Below, piece after piece: positions 36,265-46,039 of a stretch of 64,000 nucleotides of DNA (position 1 is the stretch's first letter; the number at the start of each line of letters is the position of its first letter). Source of the DNA: Bacteroidales bacterium (GTDB lineage: Bacteria; Bacteroidota; Bacteroidia; Bacteroidales; FEN-979); the NCBI GenBank assembly GCA_025355465.1, contig JANXZO010000075.1, positions 51,564 through 115,563 of the forward strand, read 5' to 3'. The notes under the pieces are model-generated. The model was not told the origin of the DNA and did not search any database. It saw nothing but the letters and a program-made list of their open reading frames with translations. The position numbers and the translations under genes are program-made.

Positions 36265-37186
36265 TATCCTTCTGGGCTTGATCTGGGCCCTCCAGAGTAC
36301 AGGCGGAACCGCCGCACAGGAGCTGGTAAACCGCCATACTCTGGTGAAGGACCTGGGGATACTCTCCCGCCCAGGAACCACCAACATCAACCTCAGGATC
36401 TCTCAAACCCTGGGATATTCGGTGAACGGCATCATTACCCTGCTGGTCAACCGCAAGCAAACCGGACAGGTAAACCAGCTCTACCTGCAGCAGGAGCTCA
36501 AATACAGTGCTGTGGTGGAAGACAATGGCCGGTTCAGGATCACCAACACCCTGTCGCATAACCTCGGACTCCTCTTCCTCTTCGACAGCCTTACCCGGTT
36601 CCGCAACGATGAAACCACCCTCACCACCCGCCTCGATATCGCCCTTGGCCACCACGTTGCCTTTAACTTTACCTCCGCACTCTCCACCCGGCTCTTCAAC
36701 GATTACAGCACCCGGGTGACCGACAGCGGTAACCAGGTTCGCATCCTGAATTCGGGTTTCTTCACCCCCCTGCTGTGGCTCCTCTCCGCCGGATTTACCG
36801 GCACCGTGCACAAATGTGGGCGGATCATCCTGGGGCTCTCCTCCGCCAAGCTCACCTGGGTCCTTAACCGGCAGGTTTACCAGGCACAGGGTGTCGAAAC
36901 CTTCTTCGGGGCCCCGCAGCCGAAAGGATACCTGCTCGAATACGGACTGGCCTTGCAACTGCTCATCGACAAAGACCTGTTTCGCCGGGTCCACTGGAAC
37001 TGCGATATCCTGGTGTTTAAAAATTACCTGAAACCGGTAGACCTCACCCTGAAGAACATCTTCACCGTTACCATCAATAAGTTCCTGCAAACCAACATCC
37101 AAACCCGCATATTCTACGAGGAGGAGGTGAGCCGGTCGCTGCAGCTGGAGAACCTGGTTTCGCTCGGCTTTTATTTTAATCTGTGA
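36200..37186 (+). CDS. DUF3078-like outer-membrane beta-barrel
   Basis: F..P, L.L.S.K.T.V, INKFL, LQL...LG C-terminal pattern; start uncertain. Confidence 0.6.
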   Translation: MSTSICRLPGTCAKSRCSSLNSILLGLIWALQSTGGTAAQELVNRHTLVKDLGILSRPGTTNINLRISQTLGYSVNGIITLLVNRKQTGQVNQLYLQQELKYSAVVEDNGRFRITNTLSHNLGLLFLFDSLTRFRNDETTLTTRLDIALGHHVAFNFTSALSTRLFNDYSTRVTDSGNQVRILNSGFFTPLLWLLSAGFTGTVHKCGRIILGLSSAKLTWVLNRQVYQAQGVETFFGAPQPKGYLLEYGLALQLLIDKDLFRRVHWNCDILVFKNYLKPVDLTLKNIFTVTINKFLQTNIQTRIFYEEEVSRSLQLENLVSLGFYFNL

Positions 37187-37287
37187 TCTGTGAATAAATT
37201 CACAGACTATGGTTGAGAGAATGGGCAAAATTGATAATTTTGCGGTCGCTCAGCGCAACCATGTTCATTTACTCAATCCTTACTGCC

Positions 37288-40200
37288 ATGCTTAAGATCA
37301 CCAAACATCCCATTCTCGACATCCCGGATTCTCCCACAACCACCTTTTCCTATAACAACGTACAGGTAACCGGCACCCTTGGTTTTACCATTGCGGCCGC
37401 CCTTCACCAGGCGGGTCACCCGGTGCACAGCCACAGCCTCACCAATCGCGAACGAAGCCTTGAGTGCGGCATCGGGAAGTGCGGCGCATGCGAAATGGTG
37501 GTCGATGGCGAGATAAAAAGGATCTGTATCACACGGGTCGACGGGGTGCAAACGGTGGCTGAGATACCCCGCAACTACGCCCCCCGGGCCGTGCCGGTAA
37601 AAAAGGATGAAGCGCTGAAGGTTTATCGCACCGGCGTGGCCATTATCGGCGCCGGACCGGCAGGGCTGGCTGCCCGCGAAGTGCTGAACCAACATGGGGT
37701 GCCCAACCTGGTGGTGGACAACAACGACAAGATTGGCGGACAGTTCCTCATGCAAACCCACCAGTTCTTTTTCTTCGAGAAGGAAAAGAAGTTTGGTGGC
37801 ATGCGGGGTTTCGACATCGCCGCCACCCTGGCCGGCGATAACCGCGAAGGCATCTTTCTGGACGCTACGGTGTGGGACATCCTGCAGGGGGGGCGCCTCG
37901 CCTTAAAGAACATCCGCACCGGAGAGATCTGGTTTCTGGATGCAGAGTACCTCATTGTGGCAACCGGTGCAGTGCCTTTCATGCCCGCCTTCGAGAACGA
38001 CGACCTTCCCGGTGTCTTCACCGCCGCCGTGGTGCAGAAGATGATGAACAGCGAATTCACCCTCCTCGGAAAGAACATACTCACGGTGGGTGCCGGCAAC
38101 ATCGGCTACCTCACCTCCTACCAGCTCATGCAGGCCGGAGCCAGGGTAAAAGCCATCATCGAGGCCCAGCCGGGGGAAGGCGGATTCCCGGTGCAGGCCA
38201 ACAGGGTGCGCAGACTGGGGATACCCATCCTCACCTCGCACATCCTCATCAAGGCGCTGCCCAACGAAAACCACGATGGCATCGTAGGAGCCGTGGTGGC
38301 CGAATGTAAAAATTTCAAGCCGGTGCCCGGCACCGAAAAGGTGATCGACGGCATCGATGCCATAAACATATGTACAGGGCTGGTACAGGACGACCAGCTG
38401 CTCATCAAAGGTAACGACATCTTCGGCCGCCGCTGTTTCGGCGCGGGCGACGCCATACGGATCGGCGAAGGGACCAGCGCCGTGTTGCGCGGACAACAGG
38501 CTGCTTTCGATGTGCTTCAGGAGATGGGAGAACGGGTCGACTACGACCGCTACCTCACCCTCTCCAAAGAGTATATCGACTCGCAACAGCATCCGGTGCG
38601 TGTCATTGAACAGCCGGCACTGCCCACCCCCGAACGGATCAGCGAAAAGGGGTTCGTGCTCATCGACTGTCTGTATGGCTTTGCCTGCAACCCCTGCGCC
38701 TTTGCCTGTCCGCACGGAGCCATCACCAAATCAAGCACCAGCACCGTGCCGGAGATCGACTTTGCCAGGTGCATCGGCTGCATGGATTGCGTGTTCCAGT
38801 GTCCGGGACTGGCCATCTTTGGCTACAACATCAAAAAGGACTGGCTCTTCCTGCCGATCGAATACGAAGTGAAAGAGAAGGCTGCCTGCTGGCTGGTCGA
38901 TAACCAGGGAAAGAAGCTGGGGGAGGGCTTTGTGGAGAATATCCTGCGCAAAGCCAACAAGACCAACATCGCCAGGGTGAAGTCGCTCGACCTGCATGGC
39001 GCCACCCTGAGTACCGTTCGCGGGTTCATCGTAAAGGAGAACTACCCCGATCCTGTCGAATTCAAACCCTGCCTTCATCAAACACCGGAGGATACCTATG
39101 TTTGTCACTGCGACGACGTTACCATGGGGGAGATCATGGAGACCATCGGCGAACGGAAATTCATCTCGGTGGATGAGGTGAAACACACCACCCGGCTGGG
39201 AATGGGAGCCTGCCGCGGCAAGCGTTGCATCAAGCGGCTCAAGACCACCCTCATGGGATCGGGCATCTCCATCGTAGGCGAGCCCACCCCCCGCGGACCG
39301 CTCTCCAACCAGGTGTCCATGGGCGAACTCTACCCCCGGTCGGTTCACGAGCAGGTGATAACCGGAACCAATGGAAGCAAACCCCAACGAATTCAGGTGA
39401 AATCGCTGGTGGCCGGCGGCGGCATCGGCGGCAGCGCCCTCTTCCGCTACCTCGGTGAGGCAGGACTGGAGCCGGTATTGGTCAACTTTGGCCGGGGCGC
39501 CTCCTGGCGCAACATCGCCGGCGGCAGACCGAACTTCTCCCTGCCCGAACTCAGCGACATCGCCAACCACAACCTGGAGATATTCCGCGGACTGCAGCAG
39601 CTCCACAACATCGATTTCCGCACGATCAACTATGTCACCTTCGCCCACGACGACCTGATGTACAGGGCGCTCACCGACTCCATGGCCTGGTCGGATGCCC
39701 TGATGGTGGAGCCAAAGGATTTCCGGCGCATGATCTCGCCAGGGCTGAATCCCGACATGTCGGGCTACCTTGCTGCCCTGGTTACCCGCAACTGCTGGCA
39801 GGCCACGCCGGGGCGTGTGATCGACCTCATCCGCCGGTTGGGAATCAACAAAGGCGGAAGGGTGGAGGAGGATTGCAAAATGATCGATGTTCACCGGGCG
39901 AACGGCAAATACCGGGTGCTGGTTCAGAACCACGAAAAGCGGTACATCGAATACGAAACGGAGATATTTATCAATGCCATGGGGCCCGAAGGGGAGAAGT
40001 TTGCCCGCCAGCTCGACCTCGAAACAGGCCTCTTTCCCGTTAAACATCAGGCCTTTATCACCCGCCGGCTCCCCATGCTGGGCATTGATGGTGCCCCGCT
40101 GCCCATGCTCATCGACCGGCGTCGGTACAAGGGATTCTCGGCCGTTTACGGACAACAGCTGGCCGAAACCGGACAGATCATCGGCTGCGCCTCCCCTGCC

Positions 40201-40521
40201 ATCGAGCCCATGGAGGCCGACAAGAACATCAAGGTGAACAGCGAAGAGTTCCTCGAGATCGCCTCCGAAATCTTCACCAACTGGATCCCCCAGCTCTCTG
40301 CCGTGGGGTTTCAGGCGGTGTGGGCCGGCTATTACGTGGAACCCCGCATGATCATCGACCCCGCGCTGGGCCTCTTTCTCGGACTTCGCGGACAAGGGTT
40401 CATGCTGGGTCAGTACCTCGCAAAAATGTATGTGGATAAACTTTGCGGAAAACCTACACCCGATTATTTCGACCGGCTGAAACTCACCGGCGACGGGCTA
40501 TTGGAAAAGGCATTCAAGTAA
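37288..40521 (+). CDS. Fused multi-domain flavin/Fe-S dehydrogenase (2Fe-2S + pyridine-nucleotide oxidoreductase + 2x4Fe-4S + BFD-like 2Fe-2S + DAO-family FAD domain)
   Basis: CGIGKCGAC..C; GAGPAG; GAGNIG; CNPCAFACP and CIGCMDCVFQCP; CHC...GACRGKRC; GGGIGG, GASWRN, GQGFMLG; TAATTTTG -7 box at 37235. Confidence 0.88.
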   Translation: MLKITKHPILDIPDSPTTTFSYNNVQVTGTLGFTIAAALHQAGHPVHSHSLTNRERSLECGIGKCGACEMVVDGEIKRICITRVDGVQTVAEIPRNYAPRAVPVKKDEALKVYRTGVAIIGAGPAGLAAREVLNQHGVPNLVVDNNDKIGGQFLMQTHQFFFFEKEKKFGGMRGFDIAATLAGDNREGIFLDATVWDILQGGRLALKNIRTGEIWFLDAEYLIVATGAVPFMPAFENDDLPGVFTAAVVQKMMNSEFTLLGKNILTVGAGNIGYLTSYQLMQAGARVKAIIEAQPGEGGFPVQANRVRRLGIPILTSHILIKALPNENHDGIVGAVVAECKNFKPVPGTEKVIDGIDAINICTGLVQDDQLLIKGNDIFGRRCFGAGDAIRIGEGTSAVLRGQQAAFDVLQEMGERVDYDRYLTLSKEYIDSQQHPVRVIEQPALPTPERISEKGFVLIDCLYGFACNPCAFACPHGAITKSSTSTVPEIDFARCIGCMDCVFQCPGLAIFGYNIKKDWLFLPIEYEVKEKAACWLVDNQGKKLGEGFVENILRKANKTNIARVKSLDLHGATLSTVRGFIVKENYPDPVEFKPCLHQTPEDTYVCHCDDVTMGEIMETIGERKFISVDEVKHTTRLGMGACRGKRCIKRLKTTLMGSGISIVGEPTPRGPLSNQVSMGELYPRSVHEQVITGTNGSKPQRIQVKSLVAGGGIGGSALFRYLGEAGLEPVLVNFGRGASWRNIAGGRPNFSLPELSDIANHNLEIFRGLQQLHNIDFRTINYVTFAHDDLMYRALTDSMAWSDALMVEPKDFRRMISPGLNPDMSGYLAALVTRNCWQATPGRVIDLIRRLGINKGGRVEEDCKMIDVHRANGKYRVLVQNHEKRYIEYETEIFINAMGPEGEKFARQLDLETGLFPVKHQAFITRRLPMLGIDGAPLPMLIDRRRYKGFSAVYGQQLAETGQIIGCASPAIEPMEADKNIKVNSEEFLEIASEIFTNWIPQLSAVGFQAVWAGYYVEPRMIIDPALGLFLGLRGQGFMLGQYLAKMYVDKLCGKPTPDYFDRLKLTGDGLLEKAFK

Positions 40522-40558
40522 TTCGCTGAAGCGCCAAGGGGGTTCTTGATAGTCCTTT

Positions 40559-41470
40559 TTACCCCCTGATAAACAACGCTTTAATGATGTGCATGGCCAT
40601 TTTGGGATTTTCTTTCAGGCGGCGCGCGGAGTAACCAAACCACTCTTTGCCAAAGGGAACGTAAACACGCATGGCATGACCCTGGTTCATAATCGATTGC
40701 CTGAGGTCGGGGGTGACGCCGTAAAGCATCTGGAATTCGTATCCCGATTTGGGTACCTTGTACTTCTCAATCAGCTTATAAGCCCCGTCCACCAGCGGTT
40801 TGTCGTGGGTGGCAATGCCGGGGAACATGCCCTGGCTTAACAGGTATTCGAGGTCTTCGAGGTAGTGGTCGTTGACCTCCTGGTATTTTTTATAGGCAAT
40901 GGCTTCAGGTTCCACATAGATCCCTTTGCAAAGGCGGAAGTTGAGGGGGATCTCCCGGTTATGGAGGTCGCTCATCTCCTTAATGTCCTGCAGGGTGCGC
41001 CGCATGTACGCCTGGAGGACGAGTCCGACGTTGGCAGGGAACTCTTTTTTCAGTTTCCTGAAGAGTTCGATCTCCAGGTCGGTGCAGGGGGAGTCCTCCA
41101 TGTCTACCCGCACGAAGTTGTTATGGGCCGCAGCTTTGGCAACAATCTCCCGGATATAGTTGTAACACACCTCCTTATCGATCAATAGTCCGAAACTTGT
41201 CGGCTTCAGGCTATAGTTTCCCCTGATTTTTTCTTTCTCCACCCGTTCGATGATGGCGAGGTAGTCGCGTTTGTTCTCTTCGGCCTGGTCGAGGCGCGTG
41301 ATAAATTCGCCCAGCAGGTCCACAGTCACGCTGATGCCCTGCGCGTTAAGGGCGCGGCACACCACCATGGCATCGTCGATGGTTTCACCGGCAATATATT
41401 TTTTGGAGAAGATCCACACCAGTTTTCTGGGCATGAACGGGAGCATTCGCGTAATGAGCTGATTGATCAT
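40559..41470 (-). CDS. putB: Monofunctional proline dehydrogenase
   Basis: YIAGET, DLLGE, SLKPT, RVDMED, LQAY, RLCKG.Y.E, IATHD, EFQMLYG, RVYVPFG, YS.RRLKE.P. Confidence 0.93.
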   Translation of the reverse strand: MINQLITRMLPFMPRKLVWIFSKKYIAGETIDDAMVVCRALNAQGISVTVDLLGEFITRLDQAEENKRDYLAIIERVEKEKIRGNYSLKPTSFGLLIDKEVCYNYIREIVAKAAAHNNFVRVDMEDSPCTDLEIELFRKLKKEFPANVGLVLQAYMRRTLQDIKEMSDLHNREIPLNFRLCKGIYVEPEAIAYKKYQEVNDHYLEDLEYLLSQGMFPGIATHDKPLVDGAYKLIEKYKVPKSGYEFQMLYGVTPDLRQSIMNQGHAMRVYVPFGKEWFGYSARRLKENPKMAMHIIKALFIRG

Positions 41471-41561
41471 CGGGTCTGTTTTGAAGTTGCTAACGTAGCC
41501 TAAGTCATGCGTTTAAACCGTCATGTTAGGGTCGGTGTGCAAATATACATGGAAATAGGTA

Positions 41562-41593
41562 TTTGGTATTCACGGAATTAATTTTTAATTTTG
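41562..41593 (+). promoter_or_regulatory. Bacteroidota -33/-7 promoter of yceD-rpmF-plsX-fabH
   Basis: TTTG 41562-41565, 20 nt, TAATTTTG 41586-41593. Confidence 0.7.
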
Positions 41594-41610
41594 CAGGCTT
41601 TTTGAAAGGT

Positions 41611-42141
41611 ATGGTGAATTACCCGGAACAATATGATATTCCGTTTAGCGGGTTGAAACAGGGCACTCACCTGTTTGATTTTCTGATCGGTAAAAAGTTC
41701 TTTGAACAGTTTGAATCGTCGGAAATTTCCGATGGCGAGGTAGCTGTTGCGGTGACCATGCAGAAGGAGGATCGGCTTTTCGATCTTCACTTTACGCTGA
41801 AAGGCACTGTTACCGTTCCCTGCGACCGCTGCAACGAAAATATCGGGGTGGCGATCGACGGCACGCAGCGGCTGCTGGTTAAGCTGGGAAGCGGCTATTT
41901 CGAGGAGAGCGAAGATGTGCAGGTGATTCCTGAGACGGACCACCGGCTTGCGCTGGCCGGCTTTCTGTACGAGTATGTGCTGCTGATGCTTCCCGCCCGC
42001 CGCGTTCATCCGGAAGATGAAAACGGAGAGAGCCTTTGCAACCTGGAGATCATCCGCCGGCTTAATGAACTGAACGAACGCCATGACCCGGATCCCCGTT
42101 GGGAGATCCTGAACAAACTAAAAGAAAATCGTAAATCGTAA
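41611..42141 (+). CDS. yceD: YceD/DUF177 family protein
   Basis: IPFSGLK.G.H, CDRC, P.RRVH, DPRW..L; upstream of rpmF. Confidence 0.9.
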   Translation: MVNYPEQYDIPFSGLKQGTHLFDFLIGKKFFEQFESSEISDGEVAVAVTMQKEDRLFDLHFTLKGTVTVPCDRCNENIGVAIDGTQRLLVKLGSGYFEESEDVQVIPETDHRLALAGFLYEYVLLMLPARRVHPEDENGESLCNLEIIRRLNELNERHDPDPRWEILNKLKENRKS

Positions 42142-42153
42142 ATATTAAGTATT

Positions 42154-42339
42154 ATGCCACATCCAAAACACAAAATCTCGACTACCCGCAGGGATAAGAG
42201 AAGAACCCACGACAAAGCCGTTGCTCCTCAGATCAGCCTTTGTTCCAACTGCGGCGCCCCGGTACTTTACCACAGGGTTTGTTCCGATTGCGGGTATTAC
42301 CGCGGGAAACAGGCTGTCGTAAAAGCTACAGCCGAGTAA
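42154..42339 (+). CDS. rpmF: 50S ribosomal protein L32
   Basis: MPHPK.K.S..RRDKRRTH, CxxC...HRVCxxCGYYRG. Confidence 0.97.
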   Translation: MPHPKHKISTTRRDKRRTHDKAVAPQISLCSNCGAPVLYHRVCSDCGYYRGKQAVVKATAE

Positions 42340-42361
42340 ATCTTTTACCAAATCTGAACCA

Positions 42362-43321
42362 ATGAGGATCGGTCTGGATGTTTTAGGGGGTGATTTTGCA
42401 CCAAAGGCTACCTTGCATGGTGCCATCCTGGCTCAGAAGGAGCTCCCCGAATCCGATAAAATCGTATTGATTGGTGATAAAGAGGTTATCCTTTCATTTC
42501 TGAAGATGGAAGGGGTAGATCATCACCTCTTTGACATTGCGGATGCGCCGGACCTTATCCAAATGGATGAGCAGCCTACCAAGGCGCTCGTGAACAAGCC
42601 GAATTCAAGCATCTCGGTTGGTTTTCGCATGCTCAAGCACAAGGATATCCATGCGTTCTGCAGTGCGGGCAGCAGCGGGGCCATGATGGTCGGCTCCATC
42701 TACAGCGTGAATACGATCCAGGGGATCATCCGTCCCTCCACCCCCGCCTACTTTGCAAAGGAGGGCGGCGGGTTTACCGTACTCATCGACGTAGGTACCA
42801 ATCCCGATGCCAAGCCCGATGTGATGTACCAGTTTGGTTTGCTGGGATCGCTCTTCTCGGAACATGTTTACCATGTTAAAAATCCCCGCGTGGGATTGCT
42901 GAACATCGGTTCGGAGGAGAAAAAGGGGAGTCTGACCACCCAGTCGGCCTACCAGCTGATGAAAGATTCGAAAGATTATAATTTTATCGGCAATGTGGAG
43001 GGACGCGAGTTGTTCCGCGACAATGTCGATGTGATCGTTTGCGACGGATTTGTAGGCAACATCGTGCTTAAGCAGATCGAAGCCATGTACCGCGTATTTC
43101 ACAAACGCGGCATCAAAGACGAATACCTGGAACGGTTCAACTACGAAAATTACGGCGGAACTCCCATCCTGGGCATCAACTCCACCGTGGTGATGGGGCA
43201 TGGCATATCCAATGCCAACGCCATCCGCAGCATGATCATCCTCACCCGCGAGGTACACGAGGCAAGGCTTTCGGTAAAGATCAAGCATGCACTGGAAAAG
43301 TATTCGCTTAACAATTTATAA
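42362..43321 (+). CDS. plsX: Phosphate acyltransferase PlsX
   Basis: IGLD..GGDFAP, SAG.SGA, DVG.N, GNVEGR, CDGFVGN, GHG.S. Confidence 0.95.
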   Translation: MRIGLDVLGGDFAPKATLHGAILAQKELPESDKIVLIGDKEVILSFLKMEGVDHHLFDIADAPDLIQMDEQPTKALVNKPNSSISVGFRMLKHKDIHAFCSAGSSGAMMVGSIYSVNTIQGIIRPSTPAYFAKEGGGFTVLIDVGTNPDAKPDVMYQFGLLGSLFSEHVYHVKNPRVGLLNIGSEEKKGSLTTQSAYQLMKDSKDYNFIGNVEGRELFRDNVDVIVCDGFVGNIVLKQIEAMYRVFHKRGIKDEYLERFNYENYGGTPILGINSTVVMGHGISNANAIRSMIILTREVHEARLSVKIKHALEKYSLNNL

Positions 43322-43364
43322 GGGTTGCTGCGGTACGGCACACACGATTCACAAAGTGTTCTAA

Positions 43365-44354
43365 ATGACAAAAATAAGAGCAAAGATATCGGGTATTCAG
43401 GGTTGGGTACCTCCCTATATTCTCACGAACAAGGAGCTGGAGACCATGGTGGAGACCACCGATGAGTGGATCATGACACGCACGGGGATCCGCGAGCGAC
43501 ACATCCTCAAAGGAGAGGGGCTGGGCACTTCCGACATGGCCGTGGAGGCGGTGAAGGGGTTGCTGGCCAAGACAGGCACCACAGCCGATGAAGTGGAGCT
43601 GCTGATCTGCGCCACCGTGACGCCCGACATGGTATTCCCGGCTACGGCCAACATCATCTGCGATAAGGTAGGCATCAAAAACGCGGTGGGGTACGACCTC
43701 AACGCCGCCTGCTCGGGGTTTCTTTTCGCCCTCGTAACGGCCTCCAAGTTTGTGGAGACAGGTACTTTTAAGAAAGTCATCGTGGTGGGAGCCGACAAGA
43801 TGTCGTCCATTACCGATTATACCAGCCGCGAAACCTGTGTGCTGTTTGGCGATGCCAGCGGCGCCGTGCTGCTCGAACCCACCACCGAAGAGGTGGGAGT
43901 GATGGACTCCCTGCTGCAAAGCGACGGAGCCGGACGGGTTCACCTGCACATGAAAGCCGGCGGATCGGTGAAACCCAGTTCTCACGACACCGTAGATGCG
44001 AAGGAGCACTTTGTTTACCAGGAGGGTCAGCCGGTGTTTAAGTTTGCCGTCACCAAAATGGCCGATGTGGCCGCCGAGATCATGGAGCGCAACAACCTCA
44101 CCAGCGAAGACATCTCATACCTGGTTCCGCACCAGGCCAACATGCGCATCATCGAAGCTACCGCACGCCGCATGGGCGTGGGCAAAGAGCAGGTGATGAT
44201 CAACATCGAACGCTACGGAAACACCACCTCCGGAACCATACCACTCTGCCTCTGGGAGTGGGAGAACAAACTCAAAAAAGGCGATAACATCATCCTCGCT
44301 GCCTTTGGCGGCGGATTTACCTGGGGATCGGTGTGGCTTAAGTGGGCCTATTAA
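43365..44354 (+). CDS. fabH: Beta-ketoacyl-ACP synthase III
   Basis: [34 protein letters not shown]. Confidence 0.97.
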   Translation: MTKIRAKISGIQGWVPPYILTNKELETMVETTDEWIMTRTGIRERHILKGEGLGTSDMAVEAVKGLLAKTGTTADEVELLICATVTPDMVFPATANIICDKVGIKNAVGYDLNAACSGFLFALVTASKFVETGTFKKVIVVGADKMSSITDYTSRETCVLFGDASGAVLLEPTTEEVGVMDSLLQSDGAGRVHLHMKAGGSVKPSSHDTVDAKEHFVYQEGQPVFKFAVTKMADVAAEIMERNNLTSEDISYLVPHQANMRIIEATARRMGVGKEQVMINIERYGNTTSGTIPLCLWEWENKLKKGDNIILAAFGGGFTWGSVWLKWAY

Positions 44355-44355
44355 G

Positions 44356-44420
44356 TCTTGTTCATTTCTTTGATCGCCCAAAGAAACTCGCTAGAAATGC
44401 GGCCTAAGGCATTTGAAAAA
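44356..44420. repeat. Internally deleted copy of the ~230-nt structured repeat
   Basis: TCTTGTTCATTTCTTTGATCGCCCAAAGAAAC identical to 55489-55520, joined directly to the right end CCTAAGGCA.TTGAAAA seen at 52671. Confidence 0.8.
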
Positions 44421-44611
44421 GAAATAGCGAAATAGCGAGGTAGCGAAATAGCGAAAAATCGTAAATCGTAAGTCGGATGGCCTTCACATTTGTGCATTTG
44501 TGCATCCGTGCATTCGTGCATAGGTACCCTTTCCTATCAATATATACGATAACGGCGTATAAGTATATTGAATATTATACGTTTCATTCGTATATTTGCT
44601 AAAAATATCTT

Positions 44612-45781
44612 ATGGAAACAGTTCTTTACCGCTATAATCCCTGGTGGACAGGGGTGGTAAGTGAACCGGCGGGAATCGGGAGGCCTTCGGTGGAGGAGCT
44701 CCTTTACGGTCAGCTGGGAAATGACCAGGTGATCTTTATCACCGGGCTGCGACGGATCGGGAAGACCACCCTGATGAAGATGACCATTCACAGGTTGATC
44801 CGGGATTCTGTTACCGACGGCAGACATATTCTTTATGTGAGTCTCGACGATTACCAGCTTCAGAAACAATCCATCATGGATATCGTGGAGGAGTTCAGGA
44901 AGATCAACAAACTGAAGTTTGCAGAGCCTGTCTACCTCTTCCTCGATGAGGTTACCTATAAAGATGATTATGAACTTCAGCTTAAGAACCTGGTGGATGC
45001 GCAAAAAGTCAAGATCATTGCCTCAGCCTCCAGCGCTTCATTGCTGAAGAGCAAGAAAGCATACCTTACCGGACGCCATTTTGATATTGAGGTGAATCCG
45101 CTTACCTTCTCCGAATACCTGGCTTTCAAAGGGATTAATATCCTACCCCAGGATGCCGGACTCACGGAAAATTACTTCGAAGATTTCCTTAAAACGGGCG
45201 GTATTCCGGCCCATGTGCTTACCGGCAATTCCGATTACCTGCGCGAACTGGTCGATGATATCATCTACAAGGATATTGCCGTTAACCAGCAGGTGAAGGA
45301 TGTGCGGGTGCTTAAGGAGTTTTTTCTGCTACTGATGGAAAGGGCAGGGAAACAGTTCAGTATTAACAAGATCGCCCATGTTCTTCAACTCTCACCCGAT
45401 ACGGCCCGTCGATATATCGACCTTTTTGCCGATACCTACCTTATCCACCTCATGAGCCGGCATGGCAAAACCAACGAAAGGATTCTCTCTCCGAAAAAGA
45501 TTTATGCCGCCGATACAGGGATCCGTTGCCTTTTTACTGGCTACCGCGACAAAGGAAGTCTGTTCGAAAATTACATCTACCTGAGAATCCGCCCCCTGGG
45601 ACCTGGATATATCTACGAGAATAAAACGGAGATCGATTTCTACCTTCCCGATAAAACACTCATCGAAGTGAAATACCACAACGAACCCCTCTCCCCGGCT
45701 CAGGAGAAATTGTTTAACAGCTACCCCGCGAAACAAAGGCTGATCATACGAAGTGAGGAAGAGATGCTAGATCTCGGATGA
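44612..45781 (+). CDS. AAA_14-type ATPase with DUF4143 (PD-D/ExK-like) C-terminus
   Basis: NPWW, GLRRIGKT, FLDEV, LTGR, GGIP, KKIY..DTG, FEN, EIDF...IEVK. Confidence 0.9.
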   Translation: METVLYRYNPWWTGVVSEPAGIGRPSVEELLYGQLGNDQVIFITGLRRIGKTTLMKMTIHRLIRDSVTDGRHILYVSLDDYQLQKQSIMDIVEEFRKINKLKFAEPVYLFLDEVTYKDDYELQLKNLVDAQKVKIIASASSASLLKSKKAYLTGRHFDIEVNPLTFSEYLAFKGINILPQDAGLTENYFEDFLKTGGIPAHVLTGNSDYLRELVDDIIYKDIAVNQQVKDVRVLKEFFLLLMERAGKQFSINKIAHVLQLSPDTARRYIDLFADTYLIHLMSRHGKTNERILSPKKIYAADTGIRCLFTGYRDKGSLFENYIYLRIRPLGPGYIYENKTEIDFYLPDKTLIEVKYHNEPLSPAQEKLFNSYPAKQRLIIRSEEEMLDLG

Positions 45782-45852
45782 CGGATCACGGATTACGGAC
45801 TTTTTTCATCTGCTGTCTGTCATCTGTCTCAAATCGTCAATCGTTAATCAAT

Positions 45853-45919
45853 CTGACCTTGTGACTTTGTGACTTTGTGACTTTGTGACCTTGTGACCTT
45901 GTGACCCTGTGACCCTGTG
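45853..45919. repeat. 8-bp tandem repeat GTGAC(C/T)(C/T)T, ~8 units
   Basis: Directly visible; same unit at 47221-47250 and inverted at ~59073-59090. Confidence 0.9.
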
Positions 45920-46039
45920 CCGTGGTAAAAATAAATTATCAATTATCCATTGTCAATTATCAATTAATGCCTATTTTTGTATTATACTAAAAAGCATAAC
46001 GCTAAATGGTATAACGCTAAAAGGTATAATTTTAAATAT

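Noticed and set aside
38731..40395. 554-aa antisense ORF (similar ones at 26138-27184, 31386-32450, 36257-37228)
   Set aside because: Shadow ORFs opposite well-supported genes with GC-rich third positions; no motifs
45853..45919. Possible CRISPR array or iterons among the short repeats
   Set aside because: Units are 7-8 bp with no unique spacers; no cas or rep genes
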